A DNA stretch of 64,000 nucleotides from an uncultured Chloroflexia bacterium (GCA_963724295.1 CAVRUC010000010.1:64001-128000), one strand, 5' to 3'. Positions 18,690 through 29,281 are shown, counted from the stretch's first letter. Notes: generated by a model from the letters alone, not told the origin. Numbers and translations: made by a program.

Positions 18690-20115
18690 TCAATGGTGGG
18701 AGCCGATGAGCTCTGTGACGATCTCGGCGAGTGTCTCCGCATCACCGACGTTGCCGGGGAAGACGATGTACGGCATGGTCGGGAATCGACTCTCCGGCCC
18801 GAGGCGCCAGACGGGTACGCCCGGGCGCACCTGGCCGAGAACGGTCGCCCGCTCGGCGCCCAGTCCGAGCGTGCCGACGTCGCTCGAGGTGATGCCACCC
18901 TTGCCGACGACGAAATCTGGACGCGTTTCGATGCCGCGTACGATTGCCACCAGCGCGTCCGACACCGCGCGGGCAACGACTAGCTCTTCCATTCCTTCTG
19001 GTCTCTCGACCTGACGTGAGGTGTAGACGACCGGCGTCCGGCCGGTTGAGAGGGCCTCATCCGCCTGGCGGTGCACGCGGGTGATCTCCCGATCGCGCTT
19101 GTCGTCGCGAAAGGAGCTCGGGCACCGCGACCTCGATGCCCGCGATATCCGGGGTGAGCAGCAGCCGCTGCAGCTGCTCGGTCGTGCGCTGGACGTGCGA
19201 GCCGACGACGACCAATCCCCGGGCCGGTCGCGGCGCGTCCTTCCCCAACAGCTCGTCTCGCTTCAAGAGCGGGCGCGCACTGATGCCCGCTCGCGCCCGC
19301 ACAAAAGAGGCGCCGGTGCGATAGAGGAACCGCTTTCCCTCGAATTCGGCCTGCAGAAGACCGAGCACGACGATCCAGAGATCCGGATAGTCCAGGGCAT
19401 TGACGACGACCGGTTGGCCACCCCGCACATCACGCAGCCGCTCGGCGATCCGCGCCGGTCCTCCGCCACGGATCTCTTCCAATGTCAGCGAGGCGACTTC
19501 CGCCGTCTTGATCCGGTGATGCGTCTTCTCCTCGACCCAGCCAGGCAGGGTGTGAGCGCTGTAGCCGAAGGTCGCGTCGCGGGCAAACTCCGTCTCGGCC
19601 GCCGGGACGAATCGATCGCCGTCACGCACGAAATGGACGTCGCCGGCCGTGACCCTGCCGCCTTCGAAGAAGGCCGGGCAGATGAGCACACCGTCCACCC
19701 CACCTAGCGCCCCGGCTAGCGCGTCGGTTTCTGCCGGGAAGTGACCGCGCAGGGTTGAGTCGCTGCGGCTGGCGACGACGAACGGCACACCTGTCTTCTG
19801 ACTTGCATCGCGCAAATTCCGGGCAATTTCCCGGTTGAGCGCTGCCGCGCGGGCTTCGGCGAGCGCGCGCGAGTTCGTCAGGATGAAGAAGAGGGGCGCG
19901 AGACTTTCAAGCTCCGCGGCCAGCGTCGCGGAATCCCAACGTGCCAGTACCGCGACGCCGTGTACCGTCTGGACCCCGGTCGGGTCGTCATCGAGTGCGA
20001 TGACTTTGCGCCCGGAGTCGGCAACCGCCGCCTGGACACGCGCTTCCAAACCGGGATCGTCGATCGGTGACGGCAGCGACTGTCCCAGTGCTCGCTCGAC
20101 CCGCGCTTCGATCAC
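18690..20115 (-). CDS. Four-carbon acid sugar kinase family (DUF1537) protein (frameshift at 19110-19112)
   Basis: LDDDPTGVQTVH, LTNSR, SRSDSTLRGH, VGSHV in ORF 19057-20151; GKGGITSSD and IVFPGNVG in ORF 18690-19076. Deleting one base joins the two. Confidence 0.88.
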
Positions 20116-20231
20116 TTCACAACCGGCTTCGCCGCGAAGTCCCGGATCCACGCTGCGGCTCGGCTTCTCGCCCGCACGCCGAGGAACCCCTGCTCATCGC
20201 CGGGAAGCCGCCGTTGCCTCGCTGCACACGA

Positions 20232-20795
20232 TTAAGTGGGGCGCGTCAGGCGATCTAACCCCACAATGCTGATGCCCAACACAGCCACGATGACCGCCAC
20301 CACGATGAACATCGCCAGGAACGCCACCACGACAACGGCCACCGCGCGACCGGTGCTCACCTCGAGCGATTGGCGCAACGCGATCACGCTGGCGATCAAC
20401 GACCAGATTGCGGCGATGAATGCGAACAGGAAGCCGATGCCGGGGATCAGTCCCAGGATCGCAACCAGGGATGGCGCGTAGGAGAAGCCGAGGGCTCGCA
20501 ACACCTCGCCGAACGTCGCCGACGTCTGCGGCCCCCTCAGGAGGTACGCGCCGACGATATACGCGAACAGGGCGAAGATCGCCCAGAAGACGAGGCTAGC
20601 CAGCACTCCACCCAGGAGACCCCGGGTTTGGCCACCCGACGCTCCCACCCCGGAGCATATGGCCGCCACCGCGACAACGAGGGCGGCCTGCCAGGTCGCG
20701 TCTGTATCATGCTCGACCGCCTCGTAGGTCGCCGGGTCGAGCCTGATTGCGCCGATTACTCGGTCGACGAAGGACGACGTCGAGGACATTTGCAT
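20232..20795 (-). CDS. Yip1-family membrane protein
   Basis: GAIRLDPATYEAVEHD, LRALGFSYAP, IALRQSLE; about five TM helices. Confidence 0.8.
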   Translation of the reverse strand: MQMSSTSSFVDRVIGAIRLDPATYEAVEHDTDATWQAALVVAVAAICSGVGASGGQTRGLLGGVLASLVFWAIFALFAYIVGAYLLRGPQTSATFGEVLRALGFSYAPSLVAILGLIPGIGFLFAFIAAIWSLIASVIALRQSLEVSTGRAVAVVVVAFLAMFIVVAVIVAVLGISIVGLDRLTRPT

Positions 20796-20923
20796 TGCTT
20801 ACCCCTCTACCCCCCGCCGAGGGCCACGTTGCGGGTGCGTTGAAACTGCACTCTACGGCTACTACACGTTCATGTCGATACCATCGAATGTGATATCGCT
20901 ATTTCCCGTTACCGAGGTCCGCA

Positions 20924-22237
20924 TCAACCATCATTGGTCGCAGCCTCGCTGTAGCGCCGCATGAGCGGTGTCACGGAAACCCCGTGAACCACCACCGAGG
21001 TGGCGACGACGGCGAGCGTCAGCCCCATCAGCAGCCTGGCGGTTTCTTCGGAGACCCCGTGCACGATCGCGTACATCAGGTAGTAGATCGAGCCGATACC
21101 CCGGATTCCGAACCAGCCGACAAGCGCAAGCTGCAGCCGCGTCGCGTTCGATCCGATCATCCCCATGCCCGCCGCCACCGGCCGGATCACCAGCAACAGC
21201 AACGGCACGAACCAGAGTGCGGCGCTGGGGATGGGGTTCACCGAAATCATGACCCCGACCAGGAGCACCACCGCAACTTCGCCGATCCGCTCCAGCTGCT
21301 CGGTGAAGCCGAGCACGGCCTGTGTCATGTACGCGGGCGCCGTCTCAGGATCGGTGGCAATCTCTTCGCCTCGCCCCTCGGCCGCGGCCGCCGCCACGAC
21401 CTCATCCGGTGCCTGTTCATGCCCTATCGTCGACGCTTCGATCTTCCTCAGGGCCAGCCCCGCCGCAAAAACCGCCAGGAATCCGTAGGTGTGTAACAAC
21501 AGCGCCGTCCCGTACGAGCAGGCGATCAACCCCAGGGCCAGAAAGTCGTCGAGACCGACCGCTTCCTTGTGCTCGCGTCGCAGAAAGAGGATCAGGCGAC
21601 CGGTCGCTGTGCCGAGCAGTGCCCCGACGAGAAGCCCGCCGGGGATCGCCCAGAGAACGTCGACGACCAACCAGCGCCAGCCGCCCTCCCCGGTCTCGTG
21701 CAGACCGAGCAGACCGAGACCAAGCATGACGAAGGGAAACGCCGTTCCGTCGTTGAACCCGGCCTCCCCGGTAAGGGTGAACCGCAGACGATCCTGGTCT
21801 CGCGGTCCGGTGACCTGGACGTCGGAGGCCAGCACCGGGTCGGTCGGCGCCAGCACCGCTCCAAGCAGGATCGCGGCGCCCAGCGGCAGCTCCAGCGCGA
21901 CGACCGCGACGAGCGCGATCAGACCGACTGTGAGCGCCATCGACCACGAGGCGAGCACGATCGGGACTCTCCACAGCGGGTCGCGCAGCGGCAGGCGCAG
22001 CTTGAGTCCGGCGGTGAAGAGGGAGACGATCACCGCGACCTCGGTGATTCGTTCGACAATCGCCGCCTCCGCGATGGGATCGAAATTGATGAGATTGAGC
22101 GCGTGGGGACCGATCAGGACGCCGGCGGCGAGATAGAGCATGGAGGTCGACAGCGGCAGGCGCTTGAGCACGGAGCCGCTCAGCGCCATGACGATGAAAA
22201 CCGCGCCGACGACGATGTACGAGACCGTGAACTGCAA
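20924..22237 (-). CDS. CPA1 (NhaP-type) cation:proton antiporter
   Basis: LAPTDPVLASDV, EAGFNDG, WFGIRGIGS; many TM helices. Confidence 0.9.
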   Translation of the reverse strand: MQFTVSYIVVGAVFIVMALSGSVLKRLPLSTSMLYLAAGVLIGPHALNLINFDPIAEAAIVERITEVAVIVSLFTAGLKLRLPLRDPLWRVPIVLASWSMALTVGLIALVAVVALELPLGAAILLGAVLAPTDPVLASDVQVTGPRDQDRLRFTLTGEAGFNDGTAFPFVMLGLGLLGLHETGEGGWRWLVVDVLWAIPGGLLVGALLGTATGRLILFLRREHKEAVGLDDFLALGLIACSYGTALLLHTYGFLAVFAAGLALRKIEASTIGHEQAPDEVVAAAAAEGRGEEIATDPETAPAYMTQAVLGFTEQLERIGEVAVVLLVGVMISVNPIPSAALWFVPLLLLVIRPVAAGMGMIGSNATRLQLALVGWFGIRGIGSIYYLMYAIVHGVSEETARLLMGLTLAVVATSVVVHGVSVTPLMRRYSEAATNDG

Positions 22238-22273
22238 GGTCGAACCGCTCCCGCTATCTGCGTGCCGAAACGA

Positions 22274-22301
22274 TGGAGGGGGCAGCGCGCTGCCCCCTCC
22301 A
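22274..22301. repeat. Perfect 28-bp palindrome (terminator-like or REP-like)
   Basis: TGGAGGGGGCAGCG|CGCTGCCCCCTCCA, between the Cys-rich gene and the antiporter. Confidence 0.6.
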
Positions 22302-22373
22302 ATCCGAATCGACGCTGAGTCGCTCCTGGCTAGGAACTGGCGACCAGGAGGTAACTGACTGGCTCATTCAGGC

Positions 22374-22748
22374 TCAGAAACAGCTCCCGTAGTCGCCGCA
22401 GTAGCCGGAGCAGCATTGGGGGCAGCTTTCGCCCCAGTTACACGAGGTGCAAGAGCCCCCCGAGCCAGTACACGGCCCGTAACAATCACCCGGGTTCGAG
22501 CAGACCCCCGCCCCTCCCGGCATGCCGGGGTTGGATGCGCAGCAGACGAGTCCATCGATGCAGGGATGAAGCGTGCCGGTGGCGCAGCCGCAGCCAATCC
22601 ACGTGCAGTTATGTCCGGCTTTGCTTCGTGCCGGAATTCCGGCCGCGATCAACGCACCGGCTGCGGCAGCGAGGCGGCGCAACGTGCCACGCCGGGTCTG
22701 CCGTGCCGCCAACGAACGGGCCACCGCGTCAAACCGCTGTCCATCCAT
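22374..22748 (-). CDS. Tat-exported cysteine-rich miniprotein (124 aa, 16 Cys)
   Basis: AGGAG RBS. MDGQRFDAVARSL leader, TRRGTL twin-arginine motif, hydrophobic stretch, then a Cys/Gly-rich mature region. Confidence 0.75.
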   Translation of the reverse strand: MDGQRFDAVARSLAARQTRRGTLRRLAAAAGALIAAGIPARSKAGHNCTWIGCGCATGTLHPCIDGLVCCASNPGMPGGAGVCSNPGDCYGPCTGSGGSCTSCNWGESCPQCCSGYCGDYGSCF

Positions 22749-23189
22749 GGCCGTATCTCCTATCTGCTGTCGATTGGCCGTATGCCCCGCGGGTGAGCGC
22801 ACGGTATCGCGAGTTCGAGAGCGATGCAATAGCCAGCCATGCAAGTTGCATCCGAATACTGTCCGTTCAGCATTCTGACAAGGGGATCACTCCCTGGTTC
22901 AAACGCCCGAGCTGGGGGATCGGGAACGCCCGCGACGGCACAAAAACGCGATGAGCAATTCGAACGCGTCGGTGGGCGTGGTTGCAGGTTATATAGAGCG
23001 GCCTCATCGGCCGATGCACTTGTCCAGCCGTTCCCGGCAGACACAATCCGGATCGCCCGCGACCAAGCTCACTGAAAGTGAAAATGGGGCTGACGGGTGT
23101 TGAGTGAACGTACGCACGAAGATAGACTTGGTACCCGGTACCGGGTGTGCCGGTACCGGGGAGAGCTATCGGGGAGTGGGAGGTAAGCT

Positions 23190-23747
23190 TTGCTTCGGAT
23201 CCGTGGTAATCGGCTCGTGCTCGGCGTAGTCGTGAGTCTCGCCCTGGGAATGATGGGAGCGTTGACCCTTGGCGTTGACGATGCGTCTGCTCAGTGCGCG
23301 GGATCGCTGATAATCCTTCCAATCGCTTCGCCCAGTTGTAACGACACCACTGGCGGCGACGCGCGGGCAGCAGGCGGCAACGGCGGCAATGGAGGAAACG
23401 GGGGCCTGTTGACGACCGTTCACGATGTCGGCAACGCCGAAGCCGACGCCTCCAACCTCGTCATCGTCCATGACATCACCACCGGCGATGCGACGGCTTC
23501 TGACGTCAATGTGGACGCCGAAGGGGCCACGCGCCCGGTCGTGGTCAGCGTGGCGGGAAGCTTCGTTGACACGGGCGTGGACGTCTTCGCTCCCGGCGGC
23601 AGTTCGCAGGCGGGAACGACGGGCGGCAACAACAACATCGCTGACTCCTCCGGCGGCCCTGGCGGCCCTGGCGGCGACGCCCGCGCCAACGGTGGGGACG
23701 GCGGCGATGTGAACGGCGCCATCCTCTTGAGCCTGGGGCTAGGGTAG
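23190..23747 (+). CDS. Secreted Gly/Asn/Asp-rich protein
   Basis: TTG start after GGGAGG, signal peptide ending ASA-Q, GGNGG and GGDARA repeats. Confidence 0.75.
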   Translation: MLRIRGNRLVLGVVVSLALGMMGALTLGVDDASAQCAGSLIILPIASPSCNDTTGGDARAAGGNGGNGGNGGLLTTVHDVGNAEADASNLVIVHDITTGDATASDVNVDAEGATRPVVVSVAGSFVDTGVDVFAPGGSSQAGTTGGNNNIADSSGGPGGPGGDARANGGDGGDVNGAILLSLGLG

Positions 23748-23836
23748 CCTTGAAGTAGTGCACCAGAAATTCTGGATGACACCGCTTCCCTGGTTGGCCT
23801 CCAGAGCTGCCGACAGCTTGAGCAGCTGAGACGATC

Positions 23837-23886
23837 GCACGGTACCAGGCAGGTCATTTGTCAGAATGACCTGCCTGGTACCGTGC
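23837..23886. terminator. Perfect 22-bp inverted repeat between convergent genes
   Basis: GCACGGTACCAGGCAGGTCATT-tgtcag-AATGACCTGCCTGGTACCGTGC. Confidence 0.6.
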
Positions 23887-23960
23887 TCAGGCCGCACGCT
23901 CGAGGACGAGTTCCCGCATCGCCCTTCCAAGTGTCAGCTGCGGACGCCATCCGCCCGACC

Positions 23961-25325
23961 TCACTCCGCGCTGATGCTGCGTAGCCTCGGGATTGGCGAG
24001 GCGAGCAACGGCACAAACGCGACGAGCATGCCGAACGCGCCGACGACCAGGGTCGCGGGTAGACCAATCCGGCTCCCCAGATATCCACCGAGTAGCGAGC
24101 CAATCGGTCGCGATCCCCAGACGATGAAACGCATCGTGCCGTTCACGCGACCCAACAAGCGATCGGGTGTAATCGCCTGACGTAGGCTGACTGAGTTGAT
24201 CGAGAAGACGAGCACCATCACCCACTGCAGGAATTCCGCCGCCACTACCAACGGCAGTGCCGCCGCCGGAAACAACACCGCGAGCGGCACCAACATGCCG
24301 AAGAGCCCGAACAGGATCTGCGACCCGAGCAGAACGCGTCCCACGCCCCAGCGACCGCGCGCGGGGCCGGCGCTTATGCTGCCCAGCAGCGCCCCCACGC
24401 CCCCGGCGGCGAAGACCAGTCCCACCGCTTCCGCGCCGAGCCCAAGATCGCGCGTCATATAGAGCACGTAGATCGAGAGGAACAGGAACCCGGCCACGTT
24501 CATCACGGTCGAAGAGAGTGCAAGCGCTCGCAGCACCGGCGACTGCCAGACCGCGCGCAAACCCTGACCGATTTCGGCGCGGAGGCTCATCCCACCGCCG
24601 GCGCGCTCCGGCGGAGCTTCCGGGGCGCGAATGCGCCAGATCAGCGTGGCGGAGACAACATAGGACAGCGTATCGACCAGCAGCGCCAACGGCGCGCCGA
24701 GGACGCGCACCAGAGTCCCTCCCAACGCGGGGCCGATCACCTGCGCGGCGGATGCGGTCGCTTCCAGCCGGCTGTTGGCCTCGACCAGGTCCTCCCGGGA
24801 GACCAGAGACGGGATGTACGTCAGATAGGCGATGTCGAAGAAGACCGTGAACGTCTCGACCAGAAAGGCGATCGCCACCAGAAGCTCGATCCGCAGCGCG
24901 CCGAGCGCAGCGGCCAGCGGGATCGTGGCGAGCAGGGCTGCCCGTGCGACGTCGGCGGCAATCATCACCGGCCGTCGCCGCAAGCGATCGACCCACGCCC
25001 CGGCAAGGAGCCCGAAGAGAAGATGCGGCAGGCCGGCCGCCGCGGCCAGCACCCCAAAAGCCATCGGCGAGGCGCCGAGGCTCAAGGCGGCCAGCAGCGG
25101 CAGCGCCACCGCGGTGAACTGCGATCCGATCGCCGACGCCGATTGCGCCGCCCACAATCGGGCAAAGTCGCCGTGCCGGGCGACGCCGAGGGCGCGATTG
25201 ACGTTCTGGCGAAACGCTGTCCGAGCGGAGGTTCCCGGACGACCGGGGTCGAACCGCCCGCGATTGGGGGGCAATGAGGAGCCCAGGGGCTTGGCGGCCC
25301 CATGGTCATCCGTGATCGATTCCAT
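23961..25325 (-). CDS. MFS transporter (MFS_3 / macrolide-efflux-like)
   Basis: FARLWAAQSASAIGSQ, GAWVDRLRRR motif A, RQAITPDRLLGRVNG; about 12 TM helices. ATG 25325 preceded by GGGAG. Confidence 0.88.
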   Translation of the reverse strand: MESITDDHGAAKPLGSSLPPNRGRFDPGRPGTSARTAFRQNVNRALGVARHGDFARLWAAQSASAIGSQFTAVALPLLAALSLGASPMAFGVLAAAAGLPHLLFGLLAGAWVDRLRRRPVMIAADVARAALLATIPLAAALGALRIELLVAIAFLVETFTVFFDIAYLTYIPSLVSREDLVEANSRLEATASAAQVIGPALGGTLVRVLGAPLALLVDTLSYVVSATLIWRIRAPEAPPERAGGGMSLRAEIGQGLRAVWQSPVLRALALSSTVMNVAGFLFLSIYVLYMTRDLGLGAEAVGLVFAAGGVGALLGSISAGPARGRWGVGRVLLGSQILFGLFGMLVPLAVLFPAAALPLVVAAEFLQWVMVLVFSINSVSLRQAITPDRLLGRVNGTMRFIVWGSRPIGSLLGGYLGSRIGLPATLVVGAFGMLVAFVPLLASPIPRLRSISAE

Positions 25326-25400
25326 GCTGATGCTCGCTCCCGGTATTGCGCGGGCGAGCGCCATGTGGCGCTGATTACCGCTGACCTGATCGCCGTTCTG

Positions 25401-25445
25401 CTAGGTCAGCGGGACATCGAGCATCAGAATGAACACGTGGATCAC
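25401..25445 (-). CDS. Putative leader peptide (uORF) MIHVFILMLDVPLT
   Basis: GTG after GGAG. Its TAG stop sits at the 5' arm of a 10-bp stem (25378-25387 pairing with 25403-25412) in the MFS 5' leader. Confidence 0.5.
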   Translation of the reverse strand: MIHVFILMLDVPLT

Positions 25446-25498
25446 CGCTCCACTTTCGGCCACGGCCCATGGGTCACCGGTCGAGTCCGGCGGGCAGC

Positions 25499-25527
25499 AG
25501 CATACGGTCCTGCCATGCCGAAGACAA
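25499..25527 (-). promoter_or_regulatory. sigma70-type promoter of the leader-MFS unit
   Basis: TTGTCT, 17 nt spacer, TATGCT on the minus strand. Confidence 0.55.
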
Positions 25528-25568
25528 GGGCAACTCGAGCCGGTTCAGCGGACCAGTAGACTTGGGAC

Positions 25569-28056
25569 GTGTCCGATCACTCTCTTGCGGCGTCTCAATC
25601 GACCGTGACGATCGCCGAGATCGCCGTTGCCGGCGCGCGGTCAGGTAGCGATGGCTTGCTCAGCTACTCCATTCCGGACCACCTGCGCGATTCCATAGAC
25701 ATCGGTCAGGTGGTCTGGGTTCCCCTGCGCGGCAAGCCGACCCTCGGCGTAGTCACGCGCCTGCACGCTGACGCGCCGGAGTTCGCGGTCAAGCCGTTGC
25801 TCGCCCCTGTCGACCCACCGACGCACGTTTCCGCCGACCAGCTCGATACCGCGCGCTGGTTGGCGCGGCAGAGCGCCAGCAGCCTCTACGACGCGCTCTC
25901 CCTCTTCCTGCCGCCTGGCGCTTCGCATCGCGCGCGGCCCTTATCTGCGGCTGACCGGGCAAGTCGCCGATCTCAGCGAGTTCACACCGGCCCAGCGACG
26001 GCTGCTAACGCTGCTCGCCGAGCAGGGAGAGACGAGTCTCGACGCGGCGCGATCAGCGCTCGGCAGCAGTCTGACCTCGATCGTGCCCGCGCTGGAACAG
26101 GCCGGGGCGATCGCAACCGTCTATCGCGTCAGTGACCGCCTGCCGAAGCCGCGCAAGGAACGGTGGATTCGCCTCCTCGACGAGCCCGATGCGGCCGCGC
26201 TGAGTAGCGCTCCCGCCCAGGAGGCGATCGTCACCGCGCTGCGACGGCGCACGCGCCTGGCCACCGGGGACGCCGGTGGGTTCGTTCCCGAGACGGACAT
26301 TCTGGGTCAGTCCGGATCGAACCGCGCCTCGCTGATGGCACTGGTGGACAAGGGTATTGTCGAGGAAGTGGAGCGAATCCAGGGTCTGCACGTGCCCGTG
26401 CCGGACCGCGGTCAGGACAGAGTTCCGGAGCTGACTCCGGCACAGTCCGTCGCCTGGAACGCGATCGAACGCGCCCTCCACACCCGGGACAGCACTCCCT
26501 TCCTGCTCTACGGCGTCACCGGCAGCGGGAAAACCGAGCTCTATCTGCGCGCCGCCGCCTGGTGCCTTCGCCACGGAAAATCAGCGCTGGTGCTCGTGCC
26601 GGAGATCGCCCTGTCGTCGCAGGTCGCCGATCGGTTCGCTTCCCGCTTCGGCGACCGGGTGGCGGTGCTCCACTCCGGTCTTTCCGACGGGGAGCGCTAC
26701 GCCGCCTGGCAAGGAATCGCCGCCGGGCGCTATCCAGTGGTGGTCGGACCTCGCTCCGCGCTCTTCGCCCCGGCCCCGAACGTGGGATTGATCGTCCTCG
26801 ATGAAGAGCACGACCCGGCCTACAAGCAGGATTCCGTGCCTCGCTACCACGCGCGATCGGTTGCCGAGCACCTGGCGCAGTCGCTGGGTGCGGTGCTGAT
26901 CCTGGGCAGCGCGACACCGTCCGTCGAGACCTTCTGGCGGTCCCAGCAGGGCGACGTCTGTTTGCTCGCGTTACCAGAGCGGGTCGGACCCGAGCTGCTG
27001 GCAACGGACGGGTCGCGCGAAAGCACCGCCCTGGAGCTGCCTCGGGTCGACGTCGTCGACATGCGCCTGGAGCTGCACCGTGGCAACACGTCATTGTTGA
27101 GCGTACCGCTGCAGGAGTTACTGGCCGGCACATTGCGGCGCAACGAGCAGGCGATTCTGCTCCTCAACCGGCGCGGTCTGGCGACGGTCGTTCTCTGCCG
27201 CGCCTGCGGCACGGTGCTGCAGTGTCCGTATTGCGATATTCCACTCGTCTATCACCAGGACCGAGAGCGGCTCGTCTGTCATCGCTGCGACTACCGGGAG
27301 GCGCCGCGGCGCGCCTGCCCCACCTGCGGTGGACCACTCGATTATTTCGGAGCGGGAACGCAACGCGTCGAGAGTGAGGTCCGCCGGCTCTTCCCGTCGG
27401 CGCGCGTGCTGCGCTGGGATCAGGATGCCGTCCGCCGCGCCGGCGGTTCGGAAGGATTGCTGCGTCAGGTCGAGCGCGGCGAGATCGACGTGGTGGTCGG
27501 CACGCAGATGGTCTCCAAGGGGTTCGATCTCCCCCGCGTGACCGCCATCGGAGTCGTCAACGCGGACACGGGGCTTCACCTCCCGGATTTCCGCTCCGGA
27601 GAGCGCACCTTCAGCCTCCTGACCCAGGTGGCTGGTCGAGCCGGCCGGCGCGGACCCGGATCACGCGTGGTCGTGCAGAGCTACACGCCGGAGCACTACG
27701 CGATCCAGGCCGCCTCGCGACACGACTATGATGGCTTTTTCACCGAAGAGATCGATTTCCGACGCCAGCATCGATACCCGCCATTCGTGCGGCTGGCGCG
27801 CTATCTCTACCGCAACCGCAACGACGCCGCGTGCGCCAGGGCCGCCGACCAGATGGCGCGCAAGCTCGCTCGTCACGCTCGGGAGCGGGGCGTGTCCATG
27901 GACCTGCTCGGTCCCGCCCCCGCCTTCGCTTCGCGCGTCCGCGGCGACTACCAGTGGCAGGTCGTTCTCCGCTCCTCAGATCTCGAGGCGCTACTGGATG
28001 GAATCCCGGTCGATCCGGGCTGGACAGTTGACATCGACCCGCAGAGCCTGCTCTAA
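25569..28056 (+). CDS. priA: Primosomal protein N' (frameshift at 25938-25940)
   Basis: N-terminal 3'-DNA-binding domain in ORF 25569. GVTGSGKTE, DEEHD, two CxxC Zn ribbons, GTQMVSKGFD and QVAGRAGR in ORF 26083. Confidence 0.93.
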
Positions 28057-28162
28057 CCGGGTGGCACGAAATCCGCTTGATGAAGAACGTCAGTTGCGCA
28101 GTTAATGGGAGTGTCGGCGTATGCCGGCGAACGGGCAGGCGAAAACGGAGGGTTTTGTGATC

Positions 28163-28606
28163 ATGGCGCGACGCCGTGGAGCGTGGACGTTCAGCCGTGG
28201 AGCGGCAATCGCGCTCATTGCCCTGGGTCTGGTGGCCTGCGGCGAGACTGTGGCTCCAACTGATCCCGGCGAGGAAATCACGCCGCCTGTGCCGTTGTCA
28301 CCCACCGCCGGAGAAATCCCGGAAGATACATTCCAGGCTATGGCCACCATCACCGATGAGGGTCTGGACCCGGATCGATTCGCCGGCGAGGTCGGGACGG
28401 CATTCCAGCTCGTGGTGCAGAGCGACGGCAGTGAGCACACCCTGGAGATCCAGGAGCTTGTGGCCCCAACGACCATCGCAGCGGAGGGGCAGACGACGAT
28501 CGACTTCACGGTCGTCGGAGACTCCGGTGAGCTGGACATCCTGCTTGATGGCGAGACTGTCGGCACGTTCGAGCGGCAGGGTGCCGGTGGCATCACGGAT
28601 AGTTAG
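28163..28606 (+). CDS. Putative lipoprotein, acidic cupredoxin-like beta sandwich
   Basis: Lipobox LVAC after a hydrophobic stretch; GGAGG RBS. Confidence 0.65.
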   Translation: MARRRGAWTFSRGAAIALIALGLVACGETVAPTDPGEEITPPVPLSPTAGEIPEDTFQAMATITDEGLDPDRFAGEVGTAFQLVVQSDGSEHTLEIQELVAPTTIAAEGQTTIDFTVVGDSGELDILLDGETVGTFERQGAGGITDS

Positions 28607-28742
28607 CCACCGCAGCCTCAGAGCGGCGATCGGTCCCCTCCAGACTATCGCGGTCAACAGTTGAGACGACGCCCCGCACTGGCCGATACTCTCCCTAACT
28701 GGCGGTCATCGCCGATGCTTGCAAGTGGAGCTCGGTCAATTC

Positions 28743-29273
28743 ATGGCGCTTCTCGAAATACTGCTCGAAGGTGACCCGCGACTGCGACAGAAGGCGCTGC
28801 GGATTCGAAACGTGGATGACAGCCTGCGCCGTCTCGCCGAAGACATGTACGAGACCATGCTGGCCGCGCCTGGAGTGGGGCTGGCGGCGCCACAGATCGG
28901 GGTATTGCGGCGGTTGATCTGGGTCCACGTGCCGGAGAACTTCCACGACGAAGGCGGTCCGGAACTCTCCATTCCGCTGGTCAACCCCGAGATCGTCAAG
29001 GCCAGCGGTCGGATCCTCGGTTATGAGGGGTGCCTGAGCATTCCCGGCTGGACCGGCGAGGTGCCGCGCGCCGAAGCAGTGACGGTCAAGGGGATGGGGC
29101 TCGACAACCGGCCGGTGCGCATCAAGGCTCGCGGCTGGGGGGCGCGCGTCCTCCAACACGAGATCGACCATCTCGACGGCATCCTGTTCATCGATCGCGT
29201 CGAAGATACATCGACCATCGTCCAGGTTCCCGACGATGAGCCGGTCGAGGGTCCAGTCGAGGCGGCTGACTGA
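28743..29273 (+). CDS. def: Peptide deformylase
   Basis: GVGLAAPQIG, EGCLS, QHEIDHLDG. Confidence 0.96.
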   Translation: MALLEILLEGDPRLRQKALRIRNVDDSLRRLAEDMYETMLAAPGVGLAAPQIGVLRRLIWVHVPENFHDEGGPELSIPLVNPEIVKASGRILGYEGCLSIPGWTGEVPRAEAVTVKGMGLDNRPVRIKARGWGARVLQHEIDHLDGILFIDRVEDTSTIVQVPDDEPVEGPVEAAD

Positions 29274-29281
29274 ACGCCATG

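Noticed and set aside
22374..22748. RiPP (ranthipeptide/sactipeptide) precursor
   Set aside because: No radical SAM enzyme, other maturase or dedicated exporter is adjacent, and the Tat signal favours an exported folded miniprotein.
23887..25155. Long alternative-frame and antisense ORFs (this one, and e.g. 10162-11490, 35428-36735, 50672-52393)
   Set aside because: These are Arg/Pro/Gly-rich shadows of well-supported genes, as expected in high-GC DNA.
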